A stretch of 64,000 nt of DNA from Bacteroidota bacterium (GCA_041658205.1 JBBAAO010000002.1:55310-119309), one strand, 5' to 3'; shown: positions 10,011-22,431, numbered from the stretch's first letter. Notes: generated by a model not told the origin, from the sequence alone. A program made the numbers and translations.

Positions 10011-11900
10011 TTATTTTGATTCGAGTTGTTTTAAAAATATACTCAAGACAGAGACGTCGGAGTTTGTAACACCGGCGATGCGTGAAGCTTGCCCAATGGA
10101 ATGCGGACGAATGCGATTTAGCTTCTCTTTTCCCTCAGTGCTCAGTGAAGATATTTTTGTGTAATTAAAATTTTCCGGAATGAGGTACTCTTCAAATTTT
10201 GCAAAACGATGAATCTGTTCATTCTGTCTCTGAATGTATCCCGCATACTTTACGTCAATCTCTACCTGCTCTCGTACATCGTGTTTTTGCAGAAATGATT
10301 TTATTATTTGGTCGGAAATAATTTCTGTAAGATCCAACGCATTAATATTTGTTCGACGAAGCATTTTTGAAAGATTGTCATTTTCCAGAATTGGAGATTC
10401 ATTTTTCTTTTCAAGCAATGGATTTATTTTTACCGGAGAAATCGTAGTTGACTCTAGATAACGAATTGTTTCTTCAACCATTTTTTCTTTTGCATCCAGT
10501 CGCTCAATCATTTCTTTTGAGATTAATCCTAATTCATATCCATCGCGCATCAATCTCCTATCGGCGTTATCTTGTCGTAACAACAATCGATATTCTGCAC
10601 GCGAAGTAAACATTCGATACGGCTCATCAGTAGATTTGTTGATGAGATCATCAACCATCACACCAATGTATCCTTCGCTCCGTTGTATTACGAATGGATT
10701 TCTTTTTTGAATCTTCAATGCGGCATTGATACCGGCAATCAATCCTTGTCCGGCCGCTTCTTCATAACCAGACGTTCCATTAATTTGCCCTGCCAGAAAA
10801 AGTCCGGAAACGAGTTTTGTTTCCAATGTATGTCTCAATTGATGCGGAGGAAAATAATCATACTCCACAGCGTAACCAGGACGAATCATTTGTGCATTTT
10901 CCAAACCGGCGATGGATCTGATTCCTTCAAATTGAATCTCTTCCGGAAGACTTGTAGAGAATCCATTCACGTACACCACGTTCGTATCGTATCCTTCAGG
11001 TTCAAGAAAAATTTGATGCCGGTCTCGTTCAGCAAAGCGAAATACTTTATCTTCGATGGATGGACAATATCGAGGTCCGATCCCCTTAATACGGCCGGTA
11101 AACATTGGAGAACGATCAAAACCTTTTTCCAAAATCTTGTGAGTCGTGGTGTTTGTGTATGTAAGGTACATCGGTATCAAACGATTTGTAATCTTTTCAT
11201 TTTGATACGAGAAAGGAATTGGCGGATCATCACTGTTTTGTATTTCAGTTTTAGAAAGATCAATACTGTTCAGATCTATTCTTGGAGGCGTTCCAGTCTT
11301 TAATCTTCCAGAAGTAAATCCCAACGACTGCAAACTTTCGGTAACACCACGAGCAGGAGCTTCTCCAAATCTCCCTCCGCTACGATTCTTCTCCCCTGTG
11401 TGCATCAATCCATTGAGGAATGTCCCCGCACAGAGCACCAACGAACCGCAAGAAATACCGTGTCCGAGAAAAGTTCTTATTCCTTTAAGAACTCCTTCGT
11501 CAACATGGATATCTAAAACTGAATCTTCTAAGACCTCAAGATTGAATTGAGAAAGAATTCTTTTTTGAGCATCGGTAGCGTACCACTCCCTGTCATTCTG
11601 ACTACGTGGGGACCAAACGGCGGGACCTTTTGAAGTATTGAGCATCTTAAATTGGATTCCCGTAGCATCTGCTATCTTTCCCATTTCACCACCGAGCGCA
11701 TCTATCTCTCTTACGAGATGTCCCTTCGCTGTCCCCCCTATTGCAGGGTTGCACGACATTCTCCCTATAGCATTAGCTTTAAGAGAGATGAGTAGCGTGG
11801 AACAACCCATCCTTGCGGAAGCCAATGAGGCCTCAATGCCGGCATGTCCACCACCAATCACCACAATATCATAATATGTCTTTGGTCTATCAATCAACAT
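10011..11900 (-). CDS. mnmG: tRNA uridine-5-carboxymethylaminomethyl synthesis enzyme MnmG (GidA)
   Basis: 629 aa; FAD motif '[16 protein letters not shown]'; full-length MnmG architecture. Confidence 0.95.
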   Translation of the reverse strand: MLIDRPKTYYDIVVIGGGHAGIEASLASARMGCSTLLISLKANAIGRMSCNPAIGGTAKGHLVREIDALGGEMGKIADATGIQFKMLNTSKGPAVWSPRSQNDREWYATDAQKRILSQFNLEVLEDSVLDIHVDEGVLKGIRTFLGHGISCGSLVLCAGTFLNGLMHTGEKNRSGGRFGEAPARGVTESLQSLGFTSGRLKTGTPPRIDLNSIDLSKTEIQNSDDPPIPFSYQNEKITNRLIPMYLTYTNTTTHKILEKGFDRSPMFTGRIKGIGPRYCPSIEDKVFRFAERDRHQIFLEPEGYDTNVVYVNGFSTSLPEEIQFEGIRSIAGLENAQMIRPGYAVEYDYFPPHQLRHTLETKLVSGLFLAGQINGTSGYEEAAGQGLIAGINAALKIQKRNPFVIQRSEGYIGVMVDDLINKSTDEPYRMFTSRAEYRLLLRQDNADRRLMRDGYELGLISKEMIERLDAKEKMVEETIRYLESTTISPVKINPLLEKKNESPILENDNLSKMLRRTNINALDLTEIISDQIIKSFLQKHDVREQVEIDVKYAGYIQRQNEQIHRFAKFEEYLIPENFNYTKISSLSTEGKEKLNRIRPHSIGQASRIAGVTNSDVSVLSIFLKQLESK

Positions 11901-11927
11901 AATGTTTCACGTGGAACAATTAATCCG

Positions 11928-13319
11928 CTACTTCCCGATACAAAAATTAGAAAAAATGTTGTTTAAAATGTCATCAGGGGTGGTCAATCCAATAATCTCT
12001 CCAAGATAATTAAGCGCACCCCTCAAATCAACCGCAGCAAAATCACCGCCAAGTCCTTCATTGACAGTTTGTTTCGCTGCGGCAATAGAAACCAGAGCTT
12101 TCTCTAAAGCATCTTTATGTCTGACGTTTGTAATTGTTACAGAAGAAGCTGTTGAATCATGACGAGGAATTGCAACATCTATCAATTTTTGTTTTAAGGA
12201 TTGTATTCCTTGATGAGTTTTGCAGGAGATCCAAACGGGTGAAATTTTGCTTAAAACATTTATAGCGTCACATTTAATGTCAGATTTGTTCAACACCAAA
12301 AGAACTGATTTAGCATCATGGTATTGGTTGAATATTTTATCGTACAACGTAATATCTTCTGTTGAAACTAGTATCGAGCTGTCAATAAGAATTACGATAA
12401 CATCTGAAGAATCTATCGCCTTTGATGTCCTTTTTATTCCCTCGATTTCAATTGAGTCATTAGATTCTCTTAATCCAGCCGTATCATTAAAGATGAATTC
12501 TATTCCATCAAGATGGATACTCTCTTCAATGGTGTCCCTAGTTGTTCCAGGAATATCACTTACTATAGCTCTCTCCTCTTGTAGCAAGACATTTAGGAGA
12601 CTTGATTTTCCCGCATTAGGTTTTCCAACTAACGCTACTTTAATACCCTCCCTGATGACTTTTCCTTCCTGATAGCTGGAAGACAACTCTTTTATGGATA
12701 ATTCAACGTGGTCAAGGTTTTTGATAATCTTATTTTTTTCTATTAAAGTAATTCCTTCTTGGGAAAAATCTAGTTCCAGTTCCAACAAAGAACAAATATT
12801 AAGAATCTCTTCCCTAAGGGATTGCACCTTCTTTGATAGCTTCCCGCTTAACTGGTCCACCGATGCTTTGTGTGATTTTTCAGACTTTGAGTGAATGATG
12901 TCTGCAACGGCTTCCGCTTGAGTTAGATCCATTTTTCCATGAAGAAATGCTCTCAATGTAAATTCACCAGGACCGGCAGGACGAGCACCATATGAATATA
13001 GTAGAATTAAAATTTTCTGAGAGACGAAATACCCACCATGAGAACTAATTTCTACAACATTCTCTCCGGTAAAAGAATTTGGCGAGCGGAACACCGAAAC
13101 TAGGACGGTGTCAATTGTTTCACGTGAAACTGGGTGAACAATTGTTCCATAATGAATTGAGTGAGAAGTTGAATCTTGAACAGTAGTTGTTCCCCGGAAA
13201 ACGGTATCAACAATAGGAAAAGCGGCGTTCCCGCTAATACGTATAACGGATATACCACCAATTCCAATCGGTGTTGCAATAGCGGCAATAGTCTCGTTCG
13301 TGATTGATAAAGAGTGCAT
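11928..13319 (-). CDS. mnmE: tRNA modification GTPase MnmE (TrmE)
   Basis: 463 aa; G-domain 'GKPNAGKSSLLN' and C-terminal 'CIGK' motif. Confidence 0.95.
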   Translation of the reverse strand: MHSLSITNETIAAIATPIGIGGISVIRISGNAAFPIVDTVFRGTTTVQDSTSHSIHYGTIVHPVSRETIDTVLVSVFRSPNSFTGENVVEISSHGGYFVSQKILILLYSYGARPAGPGEFTLRAFLHGKMDLTQAEAVADIIHSKSEKSHKASVDQLSGKLSKKVQSLREEILNICSLLELELDFSQEGITLIEKNKIIKNLDHVELSIKELSSSYQEGKVIREGIKVALVGKPNAGKSSLLNVLLQEERAIVSDIPGTTRDTIEESIHLDGIEFIFNDTAGLRESNDSIEIEGIKRTSKAIDSSDVIVILIDSSILVSTEDITLYDKIFNQYHDAKSVLLVLNKSDIKCDAINVLSKISPVWISCKTHQGIQSLKQKLIDVAIPRHDSTASSVTITNVRHKDALEKALVSIAAAKQTVNEGLGGDFAAVDLRGALNYLGEIIGLTTPDDILNNIFSNFCIGK

Positions 13320-13429
13320 AAAAAGAAAAATTTTTCAAAGATACGAAATTTTTTCTTGACAACGGAATGAAATGTTATATCTTATATATGTGTAACTCAG
13401 TTGCACTACTAACGATTAACGACAAAAGA

Positions 13430-13579
13430 ATGCCCGCATACAACAAACATACAGAGAACATATCGAAACGCTCACGCGTTCGCGTTGTTGCTGTGCCTGT
13501 GGCTCTCCTTCCGCTGAGCGGCATTATTATTCTTTTGGGAATTACATTTGCGATTCTACGCCTAATTATTATTAGCTAA
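13430..13579 (+). CDS. candidate ilv-leu leader peptide (49 aa from internal ATG; Ile/Leu/Val-rich tail)
   Basis: C-terminal 34 residues 'RVRVVAVPVALLPLSGIIILLGITFAILRLIIIS' contain 19 Ile/Leu/Val. It lies directly upstream of ilvB. The longer in-frame start at 13367 lies 6 nt downstream of a TTGACA -35-like hexamer and would be upstream of the inferred transcript start. Confidence 0.4.
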   Translation: MPAYNKHTENISKRSRVRVVAVPVALLPLSGIIILLGITFAILRLIIIS

Positions 13580-13586
13580 GAATACG

Positions 13587-13692
13587 CAGAGGTTACTCCC
13601 AAAAACAAATCACACATCCACCAACTAGAAACACGTGAGAAATAAAATCAGGGCGTAACCTCTGAACCGAGGTTGTGTATCGCTTTTTTTAT
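13587..13692 (+). promoter_or_regulatory. candidate transcription attenuator with mutually exclusive antiterminator and terminator
   Basis: cagaggttac (13587-13596) is perfectly complementary to gtaacctctg (13655-13664). The same downstream segment also forms aacctc/tgaacc/gaggtt (13657-13674) plus gcg...cgc, followed by a T-run (13684-13690) just before ilvB. Confidence 0.4.
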
Positions 13693-13706
13693 TTTTCAGG
13701 TGTCCT

Positions 13707-15473
13707 ATGACTCAACATACTTCTCCTTCTTCCCCGCAACGGCAAATGACCGGCGCAGAAATTTTTGTTCGATCGTTGATCGAAGAAAAAGTGGATATCG
13801 TATTCGGTTATCCGGGAGGAGCCGTTATAGGTATCTATGACGCTCTGCACGATATCTCAGATATTAAACATATCCTTACCCGTCACGAGCAAGGTGCTGT
13901 CCACGCTGCTGAAGGATACGCAAAAGCGAGCGGCAAACCGGGCGTTGCATTGGTAACTTCGGGACCCGGCGCCACCAATACCGTTACTGGAATTGCGGAT
14001 GCTTATATGGATTCCATTCCGATCGTTGTCTTCACAGGACAAGTTGCTCTGAAGTTGATCGGTAACGATGCATTTCAAGAGGCAGATATTGTCGGCATCA
14101 CTCGCCCAATCACCAAACACAATTATCTCGTCCGCGATGTGAATGAACTTGCTGCAACAATTAAAGAAGCATTCTATGTTGCCACCACCGGTCGTCCGGG
14201 TCCGGTTCTTGTCGATCTTCCGAAAGATGTGATGGCGACAAAAACCGTATTCAGTTATCCCAAGACAGTAAAGATGCGTTCCTATGTCCCGCATGTTGAA
14301 GGACATCAAAAACAATTGGACAAAGCAATAGCATTAATTGCGAAGGCAAAACGTCCTGTGTTATATGTAGGAGGCGGAACAATTCTTTCCAACGCCGCGG
14401 AAGAACTGACAAAGTTTGCACACAAAACAAAAATTCCGGTGACGACAACACTTCATGGTCTCGGTGCTTTTCCAGAAACGGATGAGCTCTCGCTCGGCAT
14501 GTTGGGAATGCACGGCACATGGTATTCCAACACGGCGGTGAATTATTGCGATTTGCTAATCGCAGTCGGCGCAAGGTTTGATGATCGCGTGACAGGAAAG
14601 ACCGATGCGTTCGCCCCCGAAGCGAAGAAGATTCATATCGATGTCGATCCATCAAATATCAGTAAAAATGTAAAGGTGGATGTACCGATTGTCGGTGACG
14701 TGAAAAGAGTGTTGCAACAATTGCTGCCGTCTGTTAGTCCATTGGATACAAAAGATTGGATTCAAACAATTAAAAATTGGAAAGAGGAACATCCGCTTCG
14801 ATATAAAAGCGGAAAATATATTCGGATGCAGCATGTCATCCGGAAAATTTCAGAGGCAACAAAAGGGAAGGCGATAATGGTGAGTGATGTTGGTCAGCAT
14901 CAAATGTGGATGGCCCAATTTTATCAATATATTTATCCGCGTACGCATTTAACATCCGGTGGACTCGGCACTATGGGATTTTCACTTCCGGCATCGATGG
15001 GTGCGGCGTTTGCTCGGAAAGATTTTCCAATCATCTCTATGAGCGGGGACGGGGGAATACAGATGAATATTCAAGAACTCGCAACCATCCGTGAGCATAA
15101 CGTCCCTGTGAAAATATTGATCATGAACAACGGGTATCTCGGCATGGTAAGGCAATGGCAAGAGTTGTTCTGGCGAAAACGATATTCTCACGTAGAAATG
15201 TTCGGTCCTGATTACGTAAAATTGGCCGAAGCATATGGTATTCCCGGATTTCGAGTAACCTTGACAGATGAGGTAGATAATGTTGTCAATAAAATGCTTG
15301 AAATCGATGGCCCCGTACTCGTAGAATTCAAAGTGGTAAAAGAAGAAAATGTTTATCCGATGATTCCGGCAGGGCAGACATATCATGAAATTATTGATGT
15401 ACCGGATAATACAGCAACAATTGAAGATGAACAAGAACGTGATCTTGAAATGATCACTATTACCAAAGGATAA
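13707..15473 (+). CDS. ilvB: acetolactate synthase large (catalytic) subunit
   Basis: 588 aa; TPP-enzyme motifs 'GYPGGAVIGIYDAL' and 'TSGPGATN'. Confidence 0.95.
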   Translation: MTQHTSPSSPQRQMTGAEIFVRSLIEEKVDIVFGYPGGAVIGIYDALHDISDIKHILTRHEQGAVHAAEGYAKASGKPGVALVTSGPGATNTVTGIADAYMDSIPIVVFTGQVALKLIGNDAFQEADIVGITRPITKHNYLVRDVNELAATIKEAFYVATTGRPGPVLVDLPKDVMATKTVFSYPKTVKMRSYVPHVEGHQKQLDKAIALIAKAKRPVLYVGGGTILSNAAEELTKFAHKTKIPVTTTLHGLGAFPETDELSLGMLGMHGTWYSNTAVNYCDLLIAVGARFDDRVTGKTDAFAPEAKKIHIDVDPSNISKNVKVDVPIVGDVKRVLQQLLPSVSPLDTKDWIQTIKNWKEEHPLRYKSGKYIRMQHVIRKISEATKGKAIMVSDVGQHQMWMAQFYQYIYPRTHLTSGGLGTMGFSLPASMGAAFARKDFPIISMSGDGGIQMNIQELATIREHNVPVKILIMNNGYLGMVRQWQELFWRKRYSHVEMFGPDYVKLAEAYGIPGFRVTLTDEVDNVVNKMLEIDGPVLVEFKVVKEENVYPMIPAGQTYHEIIDVPDNTATIEDEQERDLEMITITKG

Positions 15474-15476
15474 TGT

Positions 15477-16004
15477 ATGAGTAATACTGTTGAAGTACCA
15501 TTAGTTCAAACGTCACACAAACACACAATTTCCGTGCTGCTGGAAAATAAATTCGGCGCTCTGAATCGAGTTGCCGGAATGTTTTCTGCAAAAGGATACA
15601 ATCTTGAAAGTATTACTGTTGGTCCGACAGAAGACAGTTCTATTTCACGGATGACAATTGTTACACGCGGTGACGACGCCATTATTGAACAAATCATCAA
15701 ACAGCTCAATAAATTAATTGATACACTGAAGGTGGTTGATCTTACATACGACAGCTTTATGGAACGGGAACTCGCGTTGATTAAGATCGGAACAACGACA
15801 GATAGTCGTCCGGAGATTATGCAGATTGTCGAAATTTTCCAAGGGAAAATAATTGATATTAGTCATAAAACATTAACCGTTGAAGCAACAGGGAGCGGTC
15901 AAAAAGTAGATGCGATCATTAAAATGTTAAAACCATTCCATATCAAAGAGATAGCCCGTACCGGGAGAGTTGCTTTAAAAAGAGAATTTGTCGGAGAAGT
16001 ATAA
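15477..16004 (+). CDS. ilvN: acetolactate synthase small (regulatory) subunit
   Basis: 175 aa; ACT domain '[34 protein letters not shown]'; starts 3 nt after ilvB. Confidence 0.9.
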   Translation: MSNTVEVPLVQTSHKHTISVLLENKFGALNRVAGMFSAKGYNLESITVGPTEDSSISRMTIVTRGDDAIIEQIIKQLNKLIDTLKVVDLTYDSFMERELALIKIGTTTDSRPEIMQIVEIFQGKIIDISHKTLTVEATGSGQKVDAIIKMLKPFHIKEIARTGRVALKREFVGEV

Positions 16005-16006
16005 CT

Positions 16007-19000
16007 ATGAAAGAACCGTATCAACATCAGGATAATTTTCCGTTATACGATCCGCGCAACGAACACGATGCATGCGGTATCGGATTTATTGTGAACATCA
16101 AAGGAGAACGGTCCCACGATGTCATCAGTAAAGGAGTTGAGATTCTTATCAATTTAACGCATCGCGGTGCATGCGGCTGCGATCCTGAAACGGGGGATGG
16201 AGCAGGCATTACGATACAAATCCCTCATAAATTTTTTGTGAAAGAATGTAAGACCTTAGGAATTACTCTTCCGGAGGAAGGGGAGTATGGAGTTGGAATG
16301 GTATTCCTGCCGGTGAATCAATCTTCACGTTTGGTGTGCGAAGGGATCATGGAGCGTATTGTGCGGGAAGAAGGATTGAGTGTTCTCGGATGGCGTGATG
16401 CTCCGGTTGGCGCAGATGCAATAGGTCGTATCGCCCGCACTTCGCAGCCTTATATTGAGCAAATCTTCGTTCGCCGTGCGGAGGGAATGACAAGGGAAGA
16501 ATTCGATCGTAAATTATATGTTGTCCGTAAACGGGCGGAGGCAGAATTATATACTTCCGACATTAAAGAAAAAGATTTCTTTTACATTCCGTCGTTATCA
16601 TCCCGTGTGATTATCTATAAAGGACTATTGCTGGCGCCGCAAATCAAACAGTTCTATAGCGAGTTGTTGGATCCAGACACTGAAAGCGCACTCTGTCTTG
16701 TGCATCAACGGTTTTCCACGAACACTATGCCGAACTGGCAACTGGCACATCCGTTCCGTTTCGTGAGTCATAACGGAGAGATCAACACCATGCGTGGTAA
16801 TGTTATTTGGATGCATGCACGGCAATCGGTGTTGAAATCCGATTTGTTCGGAGATGATCTTAAAAAATTATTTCCCATTATCCAACCAGACGGAAGTGAT
16901 TCTGCAGCGTTAGATAATGCTGTTGAATTATTATATCACTCCGGCCGAAGTCTGCCGCATGTGATGGCAATGCTGATTCCCGAAGCGTGGAGCATGGATG
17001 TCACCATGTCTCCGGAGAAAAAAGCATTCTATGAATATCACGCATCGCTGATGGAACCATGGGACGGCCCGGCAGCTGTTGCTTTTACGGATGGAAAAGT
17101 AATTGGTGCAACGCTGGATCGTAACGGATTGCGACCTGCTCGATACATTGAAACACACGACGGATTATTGATTATGGCGTCCGAAGTCGGTGTTCTTCAG
17201 ATTGAACCGGAGCGGGTGAAGATGAAAGGAAGACTGGAGCCGGGAAAAATGCTGCTGGTGGATCTTGAACAGAAACGTGTGATTCTGGATGAAGAAATTA
17301 AATCGCAATTAAGCTCTCGCAAGCCGTACGGCAACTGGATTAAAGAAAATCAGATCACCATTGAACAGCTTGCCGAACCTCCGCGCGCACATATGTTGAG
17401 CGAAAAAGATATTATTCAGCGTCAGAGAATGTTCGGCTACAGCGATGAAGATGTACGGATGATTGTCACTCCGATGGCGGTGAACGGGGAAGAAGCGATC
17501 GGTTCTATGGGAACCGATACACCGCTTGCGTGTTTATCCGACAAACCGCAATCGTTATTCAACTACTTCAAACAATTGTTTGCTCAGGTGACAAATCCGC
17601 CGATCGATCCGATCCGCGAAGAATTCGTCATGTCATTAACAAGTTACATTGGAACGGAAAGAAATATTCTTGAAGAGACACCGCAGCATTGTCATACATT
17701 AAAACTGCAGCATCCGATTTTAACTAATGTAGAATTGGAAAAACTCCGCCGCGTTTCGCAGGGAGATTTTCTGACGACAACATTGCCCATGTTGTTCCGT
17801 GTGAATGGTGGAGAACAGGAATTGGAGCGGGCGCTTGAAGGATTGTGCCGCCGCGCCTCATTGGCGATTGAATCCGGTTATTCTATTATCATTCTTTCCG
17901 ATCGTGGATCCGACGAAGAGTATGCACCCATTCCGAGCTTGCTTGCAATGACAGCGGTTCACAATCACTTGGTGCGAGAAAAAACGCGAACACAGGTTGC
18001 ACTCGTTGTGGAGTCAGGCGAACCACGCGAAGTGATGCACTATTGTTTGTTGATAGGGTATGGTGCAAGCGCCGTCAATCCTTATCTCGCAATCGAAACA
18101 ATTGAAGACCTTGCCAATAAAGGACGTTTATCAAAAGACGTGACAGCAGAATATGCTGTGAAAAACTACAAAAAGGCTGTCGGAAAAGGATTATTGAAAG
18201 TCTTTTCGAAGATGGGAATTTCGACACTGCAAAGTTATCGTGGTGCACAAATTTTTGAAGTGATTGGATTAAATAAAAATTTGATAGAAAAATATTTCAA
18301 CGGAACATCTTCCCGTATTGAAGGGATTGGATTGGATGTAATTGTGGAAGAGGCAAGACGTAAACATGAGTTTGCGTTGCAATCAATCTCGCATGCGAAC
18401 ACAGAACTTGATCTTGGAGGAAATTATCACTTCAGAATCAATGGTGAACGTCATTTAATCAATCCAACAACTGTAACGAAACTGCAACAGTCAGTCCGAA
18501 AGAGAGATTTCAAAACATTCAAAGAGTTCACCGGCATTTTGAATGATCAGAATAAAGAATTTTTCACTTTGCGCGGATTGATGGAATTCAGAGAAGGAAC
18601 GCGAAGTGTCCATATTGAAGATGTTGAGCCGGCAAAACAGATTGTGAAACGTTTTGTGACAGGAGCGATGTCGTACGGATCCATTAGTAAAGAAGCGCAC
18701 GAGACGATAGCGATTGCAATGAATCGCATCGGTGGAAAATCCAATACGGGAGAGGGGGGAGAAGATGAATCGCGTTTCAGTTCCGATGCGAATGGAGATC
18801 TTCGACGCAGCGCCATTAAACAAGTTGCATCCGGAAGATTTGGCGTGACAGCGAATTATCTTGTCAATGCCGATGAGATTCAAATTAAAATTGCCCAGGG
18901 AGCGAAACCGGGCGAAGGGGGACAACTTCCCGGATTCAAAGTGGATGAAGTGATTGCAAAAACTCGCCATTCAATTGCTGGCGTCGGTCTGATATCTCCA

Positions 19001-20545
19001 CCACCGCATCACGACATCTATTCTATCGAAGATCTTGCGCAATTGATTTATGATCTGAAGAATGTGAATCCGATAGCCAGAATTTCTGTGAAGCTTGTGT
19101 CTGAAGTTGGTGTCGGAACTGTTGCTGCCGGTGTGGCAAAAGCACATGCGGATATGATCCTGATCAGCGGCGATAGCGGCGGAACAGGTGCTTCTCCGTT
19201 AACTTCTATTAAACACGCCGGTGTGCCTTGGGAACTTGGGCTTGCGGAAACACAACAAGTGTTGGTGATGAACGATCTTCGCAGCCGCGTTCGAGTGCAA
19301 ACGGATGGAAAATTGCAAACAGGCCGCGATGTTGTTATTGCTGCATTGCTTGGTGCTGAAGAATTTGGGTTTTCAACTGCGCCGTTAATTTCTATGGGAT
19401 GTATTATGATGCGCAAGTGTCATTTGAATACATGTCCCGTCGGAATTGCAACGCAGGATCCTGAATTACGAAAGAAGTTTACCGGTACACCGGAACATGT
19501 GATCAACTTCTTTTTCTTTATCGCAGATGAAGTCCGTGAAATTATGGCGAAGCTCGGCTTCCGCACGATTGATGAAATGATCGGCCGCGTGGATATGCTG
19601 CAGCAGAGAAAAGATATTGATCATTGGAAAGCGAAAGGAATTAACCTTTCATCAATCCTACATCAACCAACAGTGCCGCTGAGAATTGGACGTCGATGTT
19701 CAATTTCTCAAGATCACGGTTTGAATGAAGCGCTGGATTATCAACTTCTTGAACAGACGAAATTGGCGCTCGAAGAGAAGAAGCCGGTAGAAATTTCTCT
19801 TCCCATCAGAAATGTTCATCGCACAGTCGGTGCGTTGCTGAGTGGGCGGATTGCAAAATATTACGGAGCAGAGGGATTGCCGGAGAGCACGATCAAAATC
19901 AATTTTACAGGATCAGCGGGGCAAAGTTTCGGAGCGTTCCTTTCTAAAGGAGTGACGTTAACGTTGGAAGGTGATGCAAACGATTATGTCGGAAAAGGTC
20001 TTTCCGGCGGAAAGATTATTATCTATCCGCCAAAAAATTCCACGTTTGTTCCCGAGGACAATTCGATTGTTGGTAACGTGGTAATGTATGGCGCAACGAG
20101 CGGCGAAGCGTATTTTGCCGGAAAAGGGGGCGAGCGGTTTGCCGTAAGAAATTCCGGTGCAACCGTCGTTGTGGAATCTGTCGGAGCAAACGGATGCGAA
20201 TACATGACAAACGGAATTGTTGTTGTGCTGGGTAAAACGGGCAAAAATTTTGCAGCAGGAATGTCCGGAGGATACGCATTCATCTTGGACGAAGACGGAG
20301 AATTCAGCTCAAAAATGTGCAACAAATCAATGGTCGATCTGGATGTAATGAATGAGGAGGACGATAAACTTGTTCAGAGCCTGATTAAAAAACATGTTGA
20401 CTTCACAGGAAGCCGACGCGGTAAAAAAATTCTTGATGAGTGGAAAACCTGCCGAACAAAATTTGTAAAAGTGTTTCCGCACGATTACAAACGTGTTTTG
20501 AATAGTGCAAAACAAAAAGTTAAACAGGAGGTAGTACATGGGTAA
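16007..20545 (+). CDS. gltB: glutamate synthase large subunit
   Basis: 1512 aa; N-terminal Ntn amidotransferase '[10 protein letters not shown]'; FMN/TIM and C-terminal domains present. Confidence 0.95.
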   Translation: MKEPYQHQDNFPLYDPRNEHDACGIGFIVNIKGERSHDVISKGVEILINLTHRGACGCDPETGDGAGITIQIPHKFFVKECKTLGITLPEEGEYGVGMVFLPVNQSSRLVCEGIMERIVREEGLSVLGWRDAPVGADAIGRIARTSQPYIEQIFVRRAEGMTREEFDRKLYVVRKRAEAELYTSDIKEKDFFYIPSLSSRVIIYKGLLLAPQIKQFYSELLDPDTESALCLVHQRFSTNTMPNWQLAHPFRFVSHNGEINTMRGNVIWMHARQSVLKSDLFGDDLKKLFPIIQPDGSDSAALDNAVELLYHSGRSLPHVMAMLIPEAWSMDVTMSPEKKAFYEYHASLMEPWDGPAAVAFTDGKVIGATLDRNGLRPARYIETHDGLLIMASEVGVLQIEPERVKMKGRLEPGKMLLVDLEQKRVILDEEIKSQLSSRKPYGNWIKENQITIEQLAEPPRAHMLSEKDIIQRQRMFGYSDEDVRMIVTPMAVNGEEAIGSMGTDTPLACLSDKPQSLFNYFKQLFAQVTNPPIDPIREEFVMSLTSYIGTERNILEETPQHCHTLKLQHPILTNVELEKLRRVSQGDFLTTTLPMLFRVNGGEQELERALEGLCRRASLAIESGYSIIILSDRGSDEEYAPIPSLLAMTAVHNHLVREKTRTQVALVVESGEPREVMHYCLLIGYGASAVNPYLAIETIEDLANKGRLSKDVTAEYAVKNYKKAVGKGLLKVFSKMGISTLQSYRGAQIFEVIGLNKNLIEKYFNGTSSRIEGIGLDVIVEEARRKHEFALQSISHANTELDLGGNYHFRINGERHLINPTTVTKLQQSVRKRDFKTFKEFTGILNDQNKEFFTLRGLMEFREGTRSVHIEDVEPAKQIVKRFVTGAMSYGSISKEAHETIAIAMNRIGGKSNTGEGGEDESRFSSDANGDLRRSAIKQVASGRFGVTANYLVNADEIQIKIAQGAKPGEGGQLPGFKVDEVIAKTRHSIAGVGLISPPPHHDIYSIEDLAQLIYDLKNVNPIARISVKLVSEVGVGTVAAGVAKAHADMILISGDSGGTGASPLTSIKHAGVPWELGLAETQQVLVMNDLRSRVRVQTDGKLQTGRDVVIAALLGAEEFGFSTAPLISMGCIMMRKCHLNTCPVGIATQDPELRKKFTGTPEHVINFFFFIADEVREIMAKLGFRTIDEMIGRVDMLQQRKDIDHWKAKGINLSSILHQPTVPLRIGRRCSISQDHGLNEALDYQLLEQTKLALEEKKPVEISLPIRNVHRTVGALLSGRIAKYYGAEGLPESTIKINFTGSAGQSFGAFLSKGVTLTLEGDANDYVGKGLSGGKIIIYPPKNSTFVPEDNSIVGNVVMYGATSGEAYFAGKGGERFAVRNSGATVVVESVGANGCEYMTNGIVVVLGKTGKNFAAGMSGGYAFILDEDGEFSSKMCNKSMVDLDVMNEEDDKLVQSLIKKHVDFTGSRRGKKILDEWKTCRTKFVKVFPHDYKRVLNSAKQKVKQEVVHG

Positions 20546-21959
20546 ACCGACCGGTTTTATGGAATATCAACGGGAGGTTCCGCAACGTCGTCCCGTCAAC
20601 GAACGATTGGAAGATTGGCGCGATGTCTATACGGCGTTTGGAGAAGAGAAGGTAAGGACGCAAGGCGCGCGTTGTATGGATTGTGGTGTTCCATTCTGTC
20701 AATCAGGCTGTCCTGTGAATAACGTTATTCCGCATTGGAACGACTTGATCTATAAAGATCGATGGGAAGAGGCTATACGGGTTCTTCATTCAACAAATAA
20801 CTTTCCGGAATTCACCGGCAATGTTTGTCCTGCTCCGTGCGAAGCGTCGTGTGTGCTGGGGATTAACGAACCGCCGGTGACGATTAAAGTGATAGAACGA
20901 ACGGTCATCGAATATGCTTTTAGCCATGGCTGGATCAAACCTGAACCTCCTAAAAAAAGAACAGGAAAAACAGTTGCCGTTATTGGTTCCGGTCCTTCGG
21001 GATTAGCAGCCGCGCAGCAATTGAATCGCGCCGGTCATCGTGTAACGGTGTATGAAAAGAACGATCGCGTTGGCGGATTGCTCCGATATGGAATTCCCGA
21101 TTTTAAATTTGAAAAACATTTGCTCGATCGACGTATTGAACAGTTGCAGGCAGAAGGGATTGTTTTTACAACAAAGACAAATGTCGGAGTAAATATTTCT
21201 GCCGAAGAATTACGGCGTTCATACGATGCGATATTATTATGCGGTGGAGCAGAATCTCCGCGCGATCTTAAAGTGCCGGGACGTGAACTGAAAGGAATTC
21301 ATTTTGCAATGGAATTTCTTCCCCAGCAAAATCGCCGCAACGCTGGCGACAAAACAGATCCGCTCAAAGATATTCTTGCAACCGGAAAACGGGTGGTGAT
21401 TATTGGCGGGGGTGATACCGGCGCGGATTGTCTTGGAACAAGTTTGCGTCAAAAAGCAAAATCAGTCAATCAATTTGAGATTATGCCAAAACCACCTCTG
21501 GAACGCGCAGCTTCAACACCGTGGCCTCTTTGGCCTCTGCAATTAAGAACAGAAAGTTCGCATGAAGAAGGGGGAATTCGTGACTGGGCTCTTGCAACAA
21601 CAAAATTTGAAGGAGACGCAAACGGCAATGTGACAAAATTGCACGCTATCCGCGTGGGGCCGCCGCCAAATTTTGCTCCCATCACCGGGACGGAGTTTAC
21701 GTTCGATGCTGATCTCGTGCTGCTGGCGATGGGGTTTAACGGCCCCACAAAGAATGGATTGTTAGATGAACTGGGAGTTGCTCTTGATGCAAGAAGCAAT
21801 GTTTCGACCGACAAGGAATATATGAGTTCTGTTCCAGGAATTTTTTCTGCGGGAGATATGCGACGCGGTCAATCGCTCGTTGTTTGGGCAATCAGTGAAG
21901 GACGAAAAGCAGCGCGCAGCGTCGATAAATATTTGATGGGGGTATCAACATTACCATAA
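20538..21959 (+). CDS. gltD: glutamate synthase small subunit (NADPH)
   Basis: Fe-S '[14 protein letters not shown]'; FAD/NAD '[16 protein letters not shown]'; overlaps the gltB stop by 8 nt. Confidence 0.9.
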   Translation: MGKPTGFMEYQREVPQRRPVNERLEDWRDVYTAFGEEKVRTQGARCMDCGVPFCQSGCPVNNVIPHWNDLIYKDRWEEAIRVLHSTNNFPEFTGNVCPAPCEASCVLGINEPPVTIKVIERTVIEYAFSHGWIKPEPPKKRTGKTVAVIGSGPSGLAAAQQLNRAGHRVTVYEKNDRVGGLLRYGIPDFKFEKHLLDRRIEQLQAEGIVFTTKTNVGVNISAEELRRSYDAILLCGGAESPRDLKVPGRELKGIHFAMEFLPQQNRRNAGDKTDPLKDILATGKRVVIIGGGDTGADCLGTSLRQKAKSVNQFEIMPKPPLERAASTPWPLWPLQLRTESSHEEGGIRDWALATTKFEGDANGNVTKLHAIRVGPPPNFAPITGTEFTFDADLVLLAMGFNGPTKNGLLDELGVALDARSNVSTDKEYMSSVPGIFSAGDMRRGQSLVVWAISEGRKAARSVDKYLMGVSTLP

Positions 21960-21984
21960 TTCTATTGGGGGAGGAGAAAAAACG

Positions 21985-22431
21985 ATGAAACTAAAGTTCA
22001 TTGTGTTCATACTGTTCTTCGCTCTTCAGAGTTCATTTGCACAAAAAAAACAGATGGACAAAGCGAATACAATATTTGTGCAATTGAATGGTATCAAACA
22101 ACAGACAGGACAAGTAATGTTGAGCCTGTTCAACAAAGATGAAGGATTCCCGACGCATCCCGAAAAAGCATTTCGGTGGAGCAAAGCGAAAGTAACATCT
22201 TCATCCTTGATCATTAGTTTTGACGGACTTCCGCCGGGTGCATATGCAATTGCCGTAGTGCACGATGAAAATTCAAATGATGTGATGGATAGAAATTGGC
22301 TTGGGTTTCCGGAAGAACCGTACGGAATATCAAACAATGCAACAGGCACATTTAGTCCTCCAAAATTTGAAGAGGCAAAGTTTACCGTTACCGGAAAACG
22401 CGATACGATAAAGATTGAAATGCAGCCGTAA
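21985..22431 (+). CDS. secreted DUF2141-family protein
   Basis: Signal peptide 'FILFFALQSSFAQ'; core 'GQVMLSLFNKDEGFP...AIAVVHDENSNDVMDRNWLGFPEEPYG' matches DUF2141. Confidence 0.6.
   Translation: MKLKFIVFILFFALQSSFAQKKQMDKANTIFVQLNGIKQQTGQVMLSLFNKDEGFPTHPEKAFRWSKAKVTSSSLIISFDGLPPGAYAIAVVHDENSNDVMDRNWLGFPEEPYGISNNATGTFSPPKFEEAKFTVTGKRDTIKIEMQP

Noticed and set aside
13367-13429. Longer 70-aa version of the leader ORF starting at 13367
   Set aside because: The ATG lies 6 nt downstream of the TTGACA -35-like hexamer (13356-13361), so it would be upstream of the inferred transcription start. The internal ATG at 13430 (or 13388) is more plausible. The promoter call itself is weak if this lineage uses non-sigma70-type promoters.
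16027-20325. Multiple 60-160-aa antisense ORFs inside gltB (e.g. 18491-18970, 19048-19416, 20023-20325)
   Set aside because: They are entirely embedded opposite a highly conserved 1512-aa gene, have low-complexity composition, and show no start-site signals. These are typical spurious reverse-frame ORFs.
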